NCBI GenBank assembly: GCA_036172245.1
Contig: JAYWIR010000001.1
Coordinates: 5,704,001-5,768,000, forward strand
Length of the DNA stretch: 64,000 bases
Direction: 5' to 3'
From: Raillietiella orientalis
Taxonomy: Eukaryota
Below, piece by piece: positions 13,901 to 27,002 of this stretch (positions are counted from its first letter, which is position 1; each line of letters begins with the position of its first letter). A program made the position numbers and the translations under genes. The notes beneath the pieces are model-generated. The model did not search any database and was not told where the DNA came from. It worked only from the letters and a program-made list of their open reading frames with translations.

Positions 13901-14196
13901 AAAAGACGAGACGAGGTGCCTGACCACGGGAGGAGTGCCAATGTCCAGACCGCGTTCGATCGCATGGCAAAGGAATACGCAGATAGAAGGAAACTTGGCA
14001 TCTAGATGGTGCCCGCTTGCTCTTCCCTGTGCTCAGACCTCCGCTTACCCCGGGGAGCCCCGAACGACGCGTAGGCGAGAGGAGTCCCACGTGCCAACCG
14101 CAAACGAAGAAGAGGACCTTCCGCGTCGCCGGCCTGCATGACAAGCGGAGTTGACGGCACGCTCTTCGTCGCCGGCAGGGACGGCGAGAGTTTTTT

Positions 14197-14770
14197 CACC
14201 CCGGTGATCCGGGTTGTTCATTGCATAAAAAAATAAGCATTCACAATCTGTGTGGGTGTGCCCGTGGTCCAACCACGTCCATTTCCAAAGGAACCTGTCT
14301 AGTTGCCAGTTCGCAGACCTGTGAGGTTCGCCCCCGCAACAGAGGAGAGAGGGGGGAAACAAAAAGGAAAATAAATGGAGAAATAAATTTGGAGGGAGAG
14401 GAGATGACGTTCTGCTGAGAGCGGTCCTCTGCATCCTTTCAAGGATGCCGGCAAGCTGCATTCTGTCCTTTTGGTGGGATTATCTGGTTGCCATCCTCGT
14501 GAAGCGGACGGCAAAGTGGATCATTTGGTCGCTGTGTCCTCCTCTTGAGTGGCTCCCGGCAGCTACAAGCCTGCGTAGGCGGCAGACTCATGCCACTTCA
14601 AGAAGAGGATCTGGGTGTCCAAGAGCACTGGGGCCACCATAGATCTGCTTCCGGAATATCCAGTAGCTCGCCCCAGCACAAAAGTCCTCGATGTGGGGCA
14701 GTCGGGGGCAGTCACTCACCTAGTCCTCTACTCCGACCAGAGATTTCCACGGTAACCTCCCATCTAGCAG
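14197..14770 (-). mobile_element. L1/Tx1-like LINE 3' fragment (subfamily B)
   Basis: ORF2 end RMQLAGILERMQRTALSRT. UTR is homologous to the 12488 and 40722 copies (GACGTGGTTGGACCAC). Terminus AATGAACAACCCGGATCACCGGGGTG followed by A6. Confidence 0.75.
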
Positions 14771-16169
14771 GAAAGCTGCTGCTCATGTATTCCCTCGGGA
14801 GGGGGGGCAGAGCTGATGGGAGAGATGGCAGCGGGGGCTGCGAGGAAGACTTCTGGAAGCGCTGGGACAGCAAACGGCGCCGAGAGGAGGCCTGCACAGC
14901 CGGACGCCGGTGTGCTGGTTCCAGAGTTGCTCGGGCGGCTCCCTTCCCTGCGTCGACGTGTCTTTTGGTAGCGCCAAGACGCGGCCGCAGCTCGAGGACA
15001 TCTCTGGGCCCATCGGCGCGGTGTCCGCCTGCCCCCAGTGGTGTTCATCCGCACTTGCGCGACCCCTGCGTGCAGTAGCAACCTGCCGGACGCTTTTAGC
15101 AGTCCTTGCCGTGGGCGCTTCCTCCGGAAGGAGCACGAAACGTCGTGTCAGCAAACGCGTGCTCGAGCGGGCGCCCCTCCGCAAGCTGCAGCAGTCAGGG
15201 CTACCCGCGGCAGCAGTGGCAAGCCTGCTGGCTGAAAAGCGGCTGAAAGGACGCGGGGTGCTGCAGCAGCCGGACGGCGGCGATGCGCCCACTCTTTTTC
15301 CCAGCTCTCTCCCGCGGAATGCGCCGGTCGTTTGGCGGGAGGAGGGAAGGAAGGGGGCATAGAGCGCTTGTCTCCGCACCTGGAAGGGAAAGGGGAACGC
15401 AGGTCTTTCCCGCAGGAATTTTTCCTTCGTCTTCTTCTTTTCCTTCCCCATCCAGGATGCTCCCGGTGAAGAATCCAATTGGCTCGTAGGAAATAGGATT
15501 CGGGTTCAAAGCGAAATCCGAGCGGGAAAGCAGGGAGGCGGCAAATCGAATTTGGCCCACAAGGGCGGGCAGGCTGCGCTTCCGCTCGGGAGGTGCTGCG
15601 TCCGACGAGTGAGAAGGGGGAGGGGGAGAGAAACGGCGGTATAGCAGCGGGAAGAGGGGCGCCGTCTCGCCGCCACTGGACGAACGTCTCATGGAGCTGC
15701 CGACCCGCTTGTCGCATGGGGAAAGCGGAGGGAGCGAGCGAGTCCCCGTGCGTTCACGGAAGAGGCGCCTTCGCGAGGAGACGCGCGGGAGGGGAGGAGG
15801 TTCGCCCTGGAAGTGAGGCCGCGGCTTCGCTTTCGCCTCTCCTCCTTCTCCCCTCCCGGGGGCGCAGGTCTCACTCGCAGGAACTCAGGGAGCACCCCCG
15901 CCTCCCAGCTGAGGAAAGCGGGGTGCGGGCTCACGCAGATTTCTGCCTTCTGCACCCTGGGCGGGGAGCGAGCAGAGGGGAAGTGCTGATAGCAGTGGCT
16001 GCGCTCGGCTACCACTTGGCGTTTCCTCCTTCGTCCCCTCGGTCCGTCGCCTTTCTGCGCCAGGAGTCAGATGCGGGTGGGGGAACCTCCCGGACATCGC
16101 GGCGGGTGCTCCTCCCGACACCGAGCGGCGAGGAAAGATGACGTCATGCCCAAGACTGCGTTACGTCTC

Positions 16170-16265
16170 CTTTTTCCTCTTCTCATCTTTTCCTTCTCCT
16201 CCCTTTCTCCTCCTCCTCTTTTCCTCTACCTCCTCCTCCCCTCTCACTCTCTCTCTACTCCTCAC
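16170..16265. repeat. Polypyrimidine (CT-rich) tract upstream of the beat-like gene
   Basis: About 95 nt almost entirely C/T. Confidence 0.7.
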
Positions 16266-16928
16266 CGCCGTCGCACCACCAGCACTACTGCCTCCAACAA
16301 GGCCCTTGCTGAAGAGGGCTTAGTCTGCTGGCATTGGGTCCGAAGGGGGAAGCTCACGCGGCTTCTGAAGGACGCGGACGAAGGGCAAGAGAAGAGCGCA
16401 GAGACAGAGCGCTCCACGCGCCCCTTGGGCGCACCTCCTCATCTTCATCCTCATCCCCTGGGGAGACTTAGCCAGGCGATTGGGAGAGGGTGGGTAGGAA
16501 CGCAGACCACTTCGGGCTTGAGCTCGGCGGGGGCAGCAAAGCAGGTGGGAGGGGAGGAACCAGAGAGAGCAACCGCTGCCAACCCACCCGAAGGGGGGAA
16601 GGCGGCTGATCTCACAGCAGGACGTCCCGAGACGGCGCAGGCTCCTGGCGTGGGTACCGACCGACGCCGGGGAAGGCGGCGGAGGCGGGGCGGGAGGGGA
16701 CGTGGCTGCATCCGTAGCGCGCGGCGCGCGCGCCTCTCCCGTCGTTCCCGTGGAGACGGCTGTGGGTCGGTCTCTTCCGCTCGCAAGCCGCGCGGACGGA
16801 CGGACGCACCCGGAGCCGAGCGGCCTGCAGCGAGGATGACAGTCACCTGCCCGGGAACGGCCAAGCTGGCCTGCGCTTCGCCCCGTCCCGAGGAGCCACG
16901 ACGCTGAGGGGTCAACTGAGATGACTTG

Positions 16929-16965
16929 ATGCTCGCGCTAATCGCCCTGATGGTTCTGCCGAGAG
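16929..16965 (+). CDS. beat: Beat-like Ig protein, exon 1 (signal peptide MLALIALMVLPR-G)
   Basis: ATG at 16929 with an in-frame stop upstream (TGA 16917). Hydrophobic leader. Consensus donor G|GTGAGT at 16966, phase 1, matches the exon 2 acceptor phase. The symbol is family-level only. Confidence 0.7.
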
Positions 16966-18017
16966 GTGAGTCTCCCAGGGGCAGCGGGGGCCGGAAGGGC
17001 CGCGCCTTCCTCGCTCTGCGAAGCGAAGGCGGCGCGGGGAACAGAAGGACCAGCCTCCTCAGCACCCTCGACACGGGGGCAGCGGGAGAGAGCGGCTGCT
17101 CCTTCTCCAGTAGGGAGTCGACAGGGATCCCCTCGCGGAGAGCCAGGAGCGTCTGACCGAGTCTCTCCTTCCCAGCGCTCTGTCCCTGCCTTCCGTCCCT
17201 ACCTCCCCCTTGGCCCTACCGTGGACAGACAACCTAGGGGTCACACCCTCTTTTTCCTTCCTCACGCCGGAGGCCCTCCCTCCCGACGTCTCAGGACCTC
17301 GGGGAGAACCGGAAAGGGAAAGAGGCCGGGCGAAACCTCCGGGATCCAGCGGAGTCGCGTGCTGCCTTCCCTTGTGCCCGGAGCATCCGGGGAGGGTGGC
17401 CCGTCCTCCCAGCACTTCCCCGGTTCGAATTCCCTCCTCCTCGCTTCCCGGAAAAATGCGCGAGCTGTGGAGTCCTCTTTTCCTCACAGGGAAGGGAAAG
17501 TGCGTCCCATCCCGCCATCGGCACCGATCCTTGAGGGGAGCTGAGGGGGAAAGAAGCGAGAGACGCCGGGAAAAGGGGGCAGAGAACGGGAAGGAAATGA
17601 TGAGAGGAGGGAAAGGTACGGCAGAGTAGAGGAAGGAGAGGTGGGGAACGGTGCGGTGACTGGCTGATCGGCCGTCCGGCATGCGTCGTCATGGCAACGG
17701 ACGACAAGGGGAGAAGTGGGAAAAGGGGCGAGAACTGCGCGGCCCTCTGTGGTGCCCGGTAGCCAGGATGACTGCTACGGTCGTCTCCGGGACGCTGCCC
17801 TCGCTGCGCGTTTTCCGGACAGCGGACTCCCGGAGGCGCCTCCCCAGACCAAGGCAGGCGAGGAGGGACGCATGAAGGAAAGGGGAAGGGAAAGAGGGAC
17901 TCCCTCCTAGAAGATGTCTGGGTGACCCCATTCCTGGCCCTTCCTTCAACCAGGTGTGGGCGCCGCTGGACTGCGAAGGCCCTACCCCTCTCTCCTCTCC
18001 TCTCTCTCCCGGACCAG

Positions 18018-18223
18018 GTTCGCTGTCCATGGCAACTATCGAGGTCGCCGTGCCACACCACGTGCTGCTCGGAGAGGACGCCAGGCTGCGGTGCTTCTAC
18101 AACTTCTCGGAGAGCGAGCTGTACACCCTCAAGTGGTACAAGGGGAGGCGGGAGATCTTCCGGTACATGCCCAAGGCGACCCCGCCCATGCTCAGCTTCT
18201 ACTACCCGGGGGTCGACATCGAT
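18018..18223 (+). CDS. beat: Beat-like Ig protein, exon 2 (first half of V-set Ig1)
   Basis: Polypyrimidine tract plus CAG acceptor (18015-18017). Encodes GSLSMATIEVAVPHHVLLGEDARLRCFYNFSESELYTLKWYKGRREIFRYMPKATPPMLSFYYPGVDID, matching the Beat pattern vP..v..G..a.L.C.Y....LY.vKWYkg..EfyRY.Pk..Pp...F...G..vD. Donor GTGAGT at 18224, phase 0. Third codon positions are nearly all G/C. Confidence 0.93.
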
Positions 18224-18639
18224 GTGAGTATCCGAGGGGACTGCCTGCTTTCACCTTCGCCCGCGGAAGGGAGGGAGGAGTCTGAAAGCGCCTTAGGGGC
18301 GCGCCGACGCCGCCGGCTCGGCTCGGCGCGCTCGGCCTTCCCCAGCGGCCGCGTGAGTTGCCAGAACAGAGTCAGAGAGGGCGAGGAAGGGAGCGTCGGT
18401 CTGGATGCTGCGGAGAGGCTTGCCGAGCGTGGGATCTGGAGAGCATCTCCTGGGGCCGCGACGCGTCGTCCAAACAAGCAGGCTGGGTAGCTGATGGAAG
18501 GCGAGGAATTCCCCCCGGATTGGTGCGCGTGCTGGTGGCTCAGCCTCCGGGGAGGAGCGCCGCGGTTGGCCGGGAGTCGGCAAAAAAGACCCTTATTTTC
18601 CCAGCGAAAGGAATAAGAATCTTCCTCTCGAAGAAGGAA

Positions 18640-18920
18640 ACACCTCTTCTCTCCTCCTTCTCCTTTTCTCCCCCCTTCTTCCGTCCTTCTTCATCCTCCT
18701 CTTCCCTCCCTCCCTTCTTCCTCCTCCCATCCTCTCGGTTTCTGCTTCGCTTCTCCGTCAGGCACGGGCGCAGAGGACTCGTAGCGCATCCGTCTGCTCG
18801 TCGAAGTGGCGCCCTTCCTTCCTTCCTCCCTCCCTCCCTCCTCTCTTCCTCTTCCTCCTTCCTCCCTCTTCCTTTCGAACTCCTCGCCCCTTCGTTCACC
18901 TCCTCCTCCCCTCCCTCCCC
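18640..18920. repeat. Polypyrimidine (CCT/CTT-rich) low-complexity tracts in beat-like intron 2
   Basis: Two long near-pure C/T runs (~18640-18760 and ~18810-18920). Confidence 0.75.
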
Positions 18921-21900
18921 ACCAGTAGAACCTGGACATCGCCATGGAAACGGAGAGAAAGATTCGATTCGCGCCGCTTTCCTTCCCCTCCTCAGAGCAA
19001 ACGGCGCCGCTAGTGGCTCCAGCTCTCCACTCGGTCCGGTTCCTCGCAGCGCTTTCTCCCGCGATGATCAGGGGAGTGGAGAAGACACACGCTCCCTAGA
19101 TACCCAACCCGACTCCTTCCCCTATTCCGGGAAAGGTAGGGTAGGGATCCCGCGCACGCGACAAGTCTCCATCGCCGACGTTGGTGCCGCGGCTTGGTGC
19201 TTTCGGAAACGCTCGCTTGAAGGACGAGGCTGAAAGAGCGGCAGGAGCTGCAGGTGCCTCGAGGAGATTCGGCACCTGCGACCGAGTCAGGCTTGGCTGA
19301 CCAAATCCCCTTCCCACCCATCCTACACGTCTGCTCTTCTCTCAGGATCACAGGGAGCGCCCTCCACCCCCGAGGGCAGGAGGGGGGAAGACGAGAGTCC
19401 TCCGGAGCCGAGAAACGGGAACTGCCACGGGATGGAGATGGTCCGCACGTGTGGAAGGAGGGGTCAGAATGGAACATCCCCTCTCCGTGGGCGCGCTTTC
19501 TCTCCTCATCCTCTCCCCTCCTCCCCTTCCGTTGCCTGAGTTCCTGGTGCTCTCCAGGACTGCAGCAGCTCCCTCTGGATCTTTGCCACGCGTGCCCTCG
19601 GGCGGGGCGTCGGCACCCGCCAAACTGGAACCAACCCCGGCTAGGATACGTCGGGTGCATGACGAAGAGAGGAGGTCCCTGGAAAACGTCTGCCGACGAA
19701 CGAAATCGACTTCTGGGAGCAGCAGCAAGCCTCAGGGAAGAAGAGGGAACGGCGTCGAATTACCCGGATGCATCGAAGAATGAAGGGCACGTGGTCCTCC
19801 TCAGACGCGAGAAACTTGGCTTGAGCATGTCCCACGCCCTTTTTGGCCTCTTCCAAAGATGGATGGACGCTCCCTTGCTCGAGATCTGTTTTGAGGTCCG
19901 TTGCCTCTGCGTGGAGTCATGCGGCTGCATCGCACCCAAATGTCGAATCTACGGCGGCGTTCCTCGCCGTGCCAGAGGACGGCAGGCGAAACACTGCCTC
20001 CCTTGGGAGGCACACGGAGCCTCCTGCTCGACGAAGGGAACGCACGGAACCTGTAGCCTCGCGATGGCTTTCTTTTTTTTCGTCCTGGTTGGGGGGGGGG
20101 CACTTAGGGATGGCTCTTAGCACCGCAATTTCCTCCTCTCTTTCCTTCCTCTGCCTGAGCCGAAGGCACCTGCGGGAGCATGCCACCCGTAAACAGGATC
20201 TCTTCGGGGGAGTCCCAAACCATCTGGAATCCCCTGGCACCAGATTGGTGCTCTCCTTTGTCTCCGGAGACGAGGAGAAGAAGAGAAGAACTCTTATGCC
20301 TTCCTTCTCCTTGACAGAATTGAATTCGAGTGCTCGTCGCCTCCGGACATTGCGAAACTTGGCGGGACCCTTCCTCGAGCCCAGGGCTTCCCCGAAAATC
20401 GCTGGATCCAGAGGGAAACTGCTTCGAGGGACGGGTGTCCACACGTGCTTTCGCATTCGTCCGCACGCCCCTCAAACTGTTCACGCCTGCTTGTTGCTCC
20501 TTCCATTTTGGGAAGCAGGGAACTCAGCGGAACAGGGAAGGGACGTGTCCCGCGCTTTCCTTCTCCTCGGGCAAAGCTCGAAGAAGGTTACCAAAGCAGC
20601 CCGAACCGGAGCTCCTCTGACTGAAGAGTAGAGATGTCTCCATGGAGCGCCGTTTCTCCACCTGGCCACTGGCGTTACGACAGGCGATGGGAGTGAGGAT
20701 GGACTCGAGAACAGTTGGCCTCGCTTGAGTCGGTGCGAGCCGAATAGGGAGACTCGGTAGGGGGCATTTTGTACCATCTCGGATCCTCTGGTGGCGCTCT
20801 TTGATGGGAGGTTCTCTTCGGGAACCCACACGAAGGCCACCGTCCATCCCGGCAAAAAGTTCCGGGCAGCTCCCCTCCAGGGCGTAGCAAACAGCCGAAT
20901 GATGTCTTTACGGCGAGTGGGCCTTCCAGCGTTGCTCCAAGGACGCAGCCGTTCTTCCGCTGCTTCCGTTGCGAGCCGCCTCGGCTCGAGGAAGATTCTT
21001 CCGCGAAAAGGCGCCGCGCGTTCGGCGGAGGCTGTGCTCGCAGATTTTTCTCTTGTAAAGGGAACTGCTCCGACGCGATTCCGTGTTGATTTTTTGAATT
21101 CGAAATTCAGAATTGCCAAATAGTCGATAAGGTACTCTACAACGTGGGGGATCCGCGTTACACGAGCCTTGTGAGTAGATAATGCGACAGTATTTACAGA
21201 GAAAAATATGAAAAGTAACTTGAACCCCCCTCCCCCCCAATAAGGAAAAAAATATTTATTGGTTTATTTTAGAACAAGAGGGAAAAGAGCAAAATTGTTT
21301 ATTACTTGACTCGAAGAAGAAAAGCTTCTTGGTATGTAGCCGTTCGAAACCATTCGGTACTTTCAACTCGAATGCTCTCGTTGCTGAAAATTGCATTTTC
21401 TCGCGCTACTTTACTCAGGAAAATTGAAGCGGGATGCAATTCGACCTACTTAAATCCCGTGTTCGCATTCTTTTTAAAAACGGGGGGGATGGGGAGGGGG
21501 GAAGGAAAAGCTGACACGACACAAAATTACGAGTTGTCCTCATAGTCTCGTACAAGGCTGATTAACCTCTCTCGCCGCTCGTGTGTCGCGTTATACGAAT
21601 CCACGTTGCTTGTAGGTCCACCGTATCTGGCTTCTTTTCTTTTCTTTTCTTTTTTTCTATTCCGGAAGCCCTGTGGACCTGCTCTCTGAGAGGGCTCTGG
21701 TTAGTTCTTGCTACTGTTGGGTGTCCCGCCGTACCTGTCGGCGCCGGAGGGTCTCAGAGGAGAGCGGACATAACGGATGCATTTCGATTTTGATTAGCCT
21801 TACCTTTTCACAGAACGAGATCAAAGCAGTTACAGAGAGGGAACAGGAGGCCGGCAACTCGAAGTGAAAAGCCACGCGCCGCGCCCGGATGGATGGAATC

Positions 21901-23299
21901 CTCACTCGCAGCTTTGAAAAAAAAATAAAAGCTTTTAGATAAGTCCCGGCAGCTGCCCCAAAACCCGCCTAACTGGGTCGCCACGGGGTCCGAATCTCCC
22001 ACGTGGCTCGAGCGGAACGTGTTTGAACCACGCGCACGTGTCAGCGGAACACAGACGTTCAGTAATCAGAGATGGAACGTGGGGTTAGGAAATCGAAGAA
22101 CAACCAGAAGCATTGGCTTCGACTAAAACGTGCTCTTTTCTTTTCTTTTCAGACAACGCACGTAGCGGTGTTGTTTGTTTTTTTGTTTTTGCTGCTTCCA
22201 GTTCTCCAATTCTGTTTTCAGTGTGTTCGTCCATCCACCGCGCTCTCTTACAATGAAGCTTTGCTTTGGCAACAGGGATCTGTTTCCAGAGAGCTTTCCA
22301 AAGCAAACTTTCCAAAGGAAACATTGTACTCTGTACGGATTCTGGTACAGGGACGAATGACAGATGTTCGTTTCCATCGAAACCGCGAAGCAGCATTAGC
22401 ATTTTCCTCCGCTCTCGGGAGGCGGATGCACTTTTCCAAGGGGGACTGATCTGAAACCAAGGATCCGTTCCTCGTAGTGGCAGTGGTGCCAACTGAAGAA
22501 AATCCTCGTGTGTGGATGAAATTTTCCTCTACCCCGGTGGAGCGTCGTGCTCTCAGTCGATCTTCTTGATTTGTGGCCTTGCTTGTTTCGATCTCTTGGA
22601 GCTGCGACCCTGCAGAATCGTGTCGGTTTGATGGCGATGCAAAACGGGAACCCGAGGGCTGCCAAGTCCCACAGAACTTCCACAAAGCACGGAGATGCAC
22701 ATTCGTAGCTGCCAAGCCGGAACCTCCGTGAAGTTTCGCTGCCTTTCTCAGTGACATTCTTGCAGAACACGTTCACACTGCAAAGTGTTCCTCTGCTTGA
22801 GAGGATTTCGCGCGTCAGTGAGAGCCCAACCACCAGCCCTGAAAGAGAATCGATTTCTCCTTAAGTGCCTCATCGGCAAGTGCAACAGATCTCCCAGCGA
22901 CAAGGATGTTCAAAAGGTAACTTATCGAAAGCGTCACAGAGAACGGTCCGTCGATGGTGATGTACTCAGAAACTTCCCCATCTTCTCATCTGGGCAAAAG
23001 TTCTCGGACCGCATCTGGAGGAAACTTTTCCTTCCCCCTCCCTGAGACATATCTTTAAAAATTCAACGCATTTGTTGTTGTCAATTTTCTTGGTAACGTT
23101 AGATGATGGAAAATCTGCGACGCAGGCACGAAGAAAGCTCTAGGATTTTGAAATCCCAGAGCTTTCTTCCGCACTTCCAGGTCGCTCGCTCTAATGGGAC
23201 GGTTTCTGAAGCAAAGATAACGGTTTAACAAAAATAGAAGTAAACACAAATCGAGGGGGGTTAAAGTCTGCATCCACAAGTCTGTACACGCTTCCGCTG

Positions 23300-24300
23300 T
23301 ACATATACTAAAGCCTGCATTCGAAAATTCCGGTTCGCACAGGGAGTGTGCGAGCATCTTGTATCCCAGAGATGGGCAGACTCCTCATTAATTCCGTCCA
23401 AACGAAAACAAATCACGAGCAATTTTCCGATAATTGCCAGGGCGCTCTCCCAAAACATCCGAGGTTTTCGTCGAGAGAATCTGCAACGGAGCAAGCAAAG
23501 CCTTTCGTTGACAAGAGAAACGCAGCACGAGAGAGTGTCTCAGTGGCAAGCTGGTGTAGTGTGCGTGTTCGAAGATGAATGAGGCTCCAGTTACTGTCCC
23601 TGCTTTCCTCTGATTCTTGCTAGGAAGCCTTTGGCTGGTCACTGAAACGCGACACTCCGCTCACTCTTGCCAACAGGCTGGCAATCCTATGGCAGCCTCT
23701 TCGACTAGTGACGATCCGTAATGGTAACGTTACTTCATCCAGTCAAATCCCAACTCAGCTTATCGCAAATGAGTTTTGCGGGCGCTTTAATTTCAAGAAG
23801 ATGGCGGGATGGTTTCGTGCAGATCTCCAGATCTCACTCTCAGCCTATTCACCAGGGTCCAAAAGCTGATCTTCAGCACTCCATTTTCGATCAGGGTTCT
23901 TAAACCCTGATCGAAATTCAACTGCTTTCTTGCCAGGACCTGTGCCTCTTACTGGGGTCATCCTCCTCAAGATTCTCTCCTGGTCTCGTTCTGTTTTTGT
24001 TTCATCTCGTTCTTTTGCTTGTATCTCCGTTGCTACATGTTGCTGGAAAGAACAAAACTGAACAAGGAAACGCAAGGCGTGCGCTGGCAGGCGGCCATTC
24101 TCGACGGAATGCCGGAACACCCTCGCATCCTGCTGTTATTCTGTAGGATGGGACCGCACAAAGTCGAACGTGCAGCTTCCTAAGGATCAGTTGTCATCGC
24201 AATTGCCAAATCACCGCTTGAGGCTCATCGAACCAAGCTCGGTGCAAAATCTGAGAGAAAAAGCTGCCAGTAATGCAAATTGCGTGCATATATTTGAATA
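23300..24300 (+). mobile_element. Highly decayed LINE RT remnant inside beat-like intron 2
   Basis: Ordered degenerate motifs: WADSSLIPSKRKQITSNFPIIARALSQN (LIPK...nfRPIsl-like), RETQ, SHSQPIHQG, GAKSERKS. Many stops and frameshifts. Confidence 0.4.
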
Positions 24301-24949
24301 GGATGTTTCGAGTGTTAGCATTAGCTTTTTTCACGCAAGAGTTCTCGTAGGAGACGACCTTCCGATGACTAGCGGCTTTCGGTAATGCTCACGGTGTTAA
24401 GACACTCTCAGGCTGGCTGTGTGTGCCGCTCTGGAGCGCGCGCGCAGGTCAAGGACAGCGCGACCGATACAGTTCTGCAAGGCGATGCTCAGCTTGTCCA
24501 AGTCCGGGAAAGGTCTCGGAGGCCGACTTTCAAAGCTGGCGGCGTTGCAGTCGCCACCACCCGCCCGAGCCGCTTCGGAAACTTCGGAGTGACCTGAGGG
24601 CTTCGGCGCTGTGGTTTGCTCACCAGAAGGGGGAATATCCGTTCCGCGACCTAGTCCACGCCCTTGTGTTGACAAAAGGACGCACCTCATGCACCGACGG
24701 ACACGTGTGTCACTTCTGGAGACTGGAGTTTCCTGTTCGGGAGCATCCGAAAAAGGAGAATCGTGGCTAAATGCTGCGCTTTTCTCCTGCTTAACTTATA
24801 AGCACACGACTGCTAATTACTGAATCATCCGCGATTCTAACTGCATGATTATATCGCATATCACGTTACCGAATGAATGATGCACAAGTGTGAAGTTGAT
24901 GTAGCAGCGTCCTGCAATAGCATGCTGAAGCAACGCTATCGTAACCCGA

Positions 24950-25100
24950 TTGGGTGCGCGCCCATGTCCACGAAATGGATAGAGGGTCCACGAAACCCGA
25001 CTGCGACAACTTAGAGAAATTCCGTTTACAGGAAACGACCTTGCAAATAGATAATCCAATCTGACGCTTCCCGGAATGATAATCCAGTCTGCCACTTCTA
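24950..25100 (-). mobile_element. Decayed APE-endonuclease remnant
   Basis: GSVRLDYLFARS resembles the LINE EN sRiDyif motif. Confidence 0.35.
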
Positions 25101-25486
25101 TTATGCACGAAAGAGGATCAGCAGAAATTTTGCGGAAATTATAAAAAGGGAAGCCATATATTCAAAACAGTGAGTTGATCCTATGTGATTAATCTTTGGT
25201 AGTCTTCTAACGTTCCTCTAATTCTGCTGAAGGCTGAGCCACGGGCAAACTCATTTTTCAGTAGCCCGAAAGAGATCTGACCTTTGTTCGCTGATGGTGC
25301 GTAGCTTAACCGGAGCTCGTTGCCAAGCAGGCAACTCCGATAAGCGACCAGCAGTCGTCTGAATTGCATTGAAACTGCACTCAAGGCGTGCCAACTGTCT
25401 AAATGGCATGGTTTAAATGCGTCTAGTAACTTACAATGCACAAAGAGTTACCTCTAAAACAAAGTTGTCAATGTTGCATTTCCTCA

Positions 25487-25954
25487 TTTGGATCGTACGG
25501 TTCTGTGGACCATCATCACCACCCATAACAGCAGTCAGGTGGTCCATCACAACTAAAGCACGAAACATCGAATGAATCATGCGCTGGGGGGTCGATGAAC
25601 CGGACTTTGTTGTCTCGGCAACAGCGAATGATTGTCAGCTGGTTGTTTCTATGGAACTTGTTTCGCTAGCATTGTTGATCTATTTTTGGAACTGAATTCC
25701 TCGTTCCTTGGCTTCGGTAGAGACAGATGCGCCGTTTCCGTCGGTGCTTGCGATGGACGCACGATTCGGTCACGTGACTTGAAAACTTTGAGAGGGGGAG
25801 GGGGGGGGGAACAAACCATTGAAGCCCAGGGAAGAGAGCAGCCCTGAAATCACTGCTTATTAGTGAAAGGGGAAAAGTAGGTGGCCATCAGAAATACGGG
25901 GAGAGCAGCCGTCTGGAGAATAAATGGGGACTTCCATGGAAAAATCGTTTTCTT
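25487..25954. repeat. Near-identical direct repeat, copy 1 (partner 34775-35257)
   Basis: Base-by-base match from TTTGGATCGTACGGTTCTGTGG to CCATGGAAAAATCGTTTTCTT, with few substitutions and one 13-nt indel. Confidence 0.97.
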
Positions 25955-26373
25955 CGGGACTCTGTGTCAAACATTGACCTGTGACTGTTGCGAATGCATT
26001 GCCGAGTGTGTATCTTGAACATTCTAACAGTTTTCATAAGATGCATAAGAAGCCCCTGAGGAAGGTAGCCACCAGACAGAGTACAGAGGAAATTCACATG
26101 CATGTCCAGTACTCTCCCCCACACTTCTACTTGACCCCATCTGCTACTGGGAGGGAGTGATGCATCCAGCCTGTTAGCGCAGAGACCGAACATTTGGCTG
26201 GGAAAGAAACTCGCCGCTATTTTGCAAAACTCGCATTAAGATTACGCGGTACATATCCGGGGGTCAGCTTAAGAGCGGAGATGCGGATGGAAATCTCTCA
26301 CGCTGGTCATCGCTGGATGCACGGCAGAGTTTTCTCGATCCCTCGACTCATCATTCCTTTGGATCTGTCTCAG

Positions 26374-26509
26374 CTGAGAAAATCGCATAAGAATCTCCTG
26401 TTCTTGCGGAGCGTCGCCCTGGAAACCAGCGGCAGGTACAGATGCGAGGTGTCTTCCGAATACCCCCACTTCCGGGTGCTAAGCAAGACCGACGACATGA
26501 TCGTTGTTG
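26374..26509 (+). CDS. beat: Beat-like Ig protein, exon 3 (second half of Ig1)
   Basis: Acceptor tctgtctcAG. Encodes LRKSHKNLLFLRSVALETSGRYRCEVSSEYPHFRVLSKTDDMIVV, with the Beat SG.YRCEVS.E.P.F motif supplying the second Ig1 Cys. Donor G|GTATGC at 26510. Phase fits exons 2 and 4. Confidence 0.93.
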
Positions 26510-26577
26510 GTATGCATTTTTTTTTTCTCTCTCTCTCTCTCTCTTCCTCTCTTCCGCTTCGTTCACGATGACTCCAG

Positions 26578-26711
26578 ATCCTCCCAAGCTGGGGCCGCTG
26601 ATAGAGAACGTGTCCTCTGTGCAGCAAATCGGCGACCTTCTCAAGGCCAGCTGCCGAACGAGCGAGTCGTTCCCGGCCACCAGTCTGACATGGTACCTCA
26701 ACGGGAAACCG
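26578..26711 (+). CDS. beat: Beat-like Ig protein, exon 4 (first half of C2-type Ig2)
   Basis: 68-nt intron with (CT)n tract and CAG acceptor. Encodes DPPKLGPLIENVSSVQQIGDLLKASCRTSESFPATSLTWYLNGKP (C...S.Pa..LtWy.NG). Donor GTAGAT at 26712, phase 0. Confidence 0.9.
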
Positions 26712-26761
26712 GTAGATCACTCGTCCAGCTGCAGAACAGCGTGACATCGGTGTCGTTGCAG

Positions 26762-27002
26762 ATCGACCTCTCGTTCGTCATTGAGTTTCCCTACAGATTG
26801 TTCCCAAACGGGAAAGAGTCTGTGATCCTGGGATTGTCAAAGATCCTAGACGAATCCGATCTCGTCCGCGGAGACATCGTGCTCCAATGCAGGGGGAAGA
26901 TCGGGACTCTGTTCGACAAGAATGCCAAAGTGAGTCTTCTGGGGAAAGACAGCGACCATCAAATCTCTGTGTTGGAAAGTAAAGAGATGACGAAGCTGCA
27001 GA
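26762..27002 (+). CDS. beat: Beat-like Ig protein, exon 5 (second half of Ig2 plus linker)
   Basis: 50-nt intron ending ttgcAG. Encodes IDLSFVIEFPYRLFPNGKESVILGLSKILDESDLVRGDIVLQCRGKIGTLFDKNAKVSLLGKDSDHQISVLESKEMTKLQ, with the G.esv.lGL and L.C motifs. Probable donor GTAAGG at 27003, or read-through to TAG at 27029-27031. The 3' end is uncertain. Confidence 0.85.

Noticed and set aside
13532..13927. ORF containing LILGDF, resembling an APE endonuclease motif
   Set aside because: Other EN motifs are missing, and the region resembles family D ORF1-like sequence in another frame.
19770..19900. ASKNEGHVVLLRREKLGLSMS as an alternative beat exon 3
   Set aside because: No SG.Y.CEV motif and no convincing splice sites.
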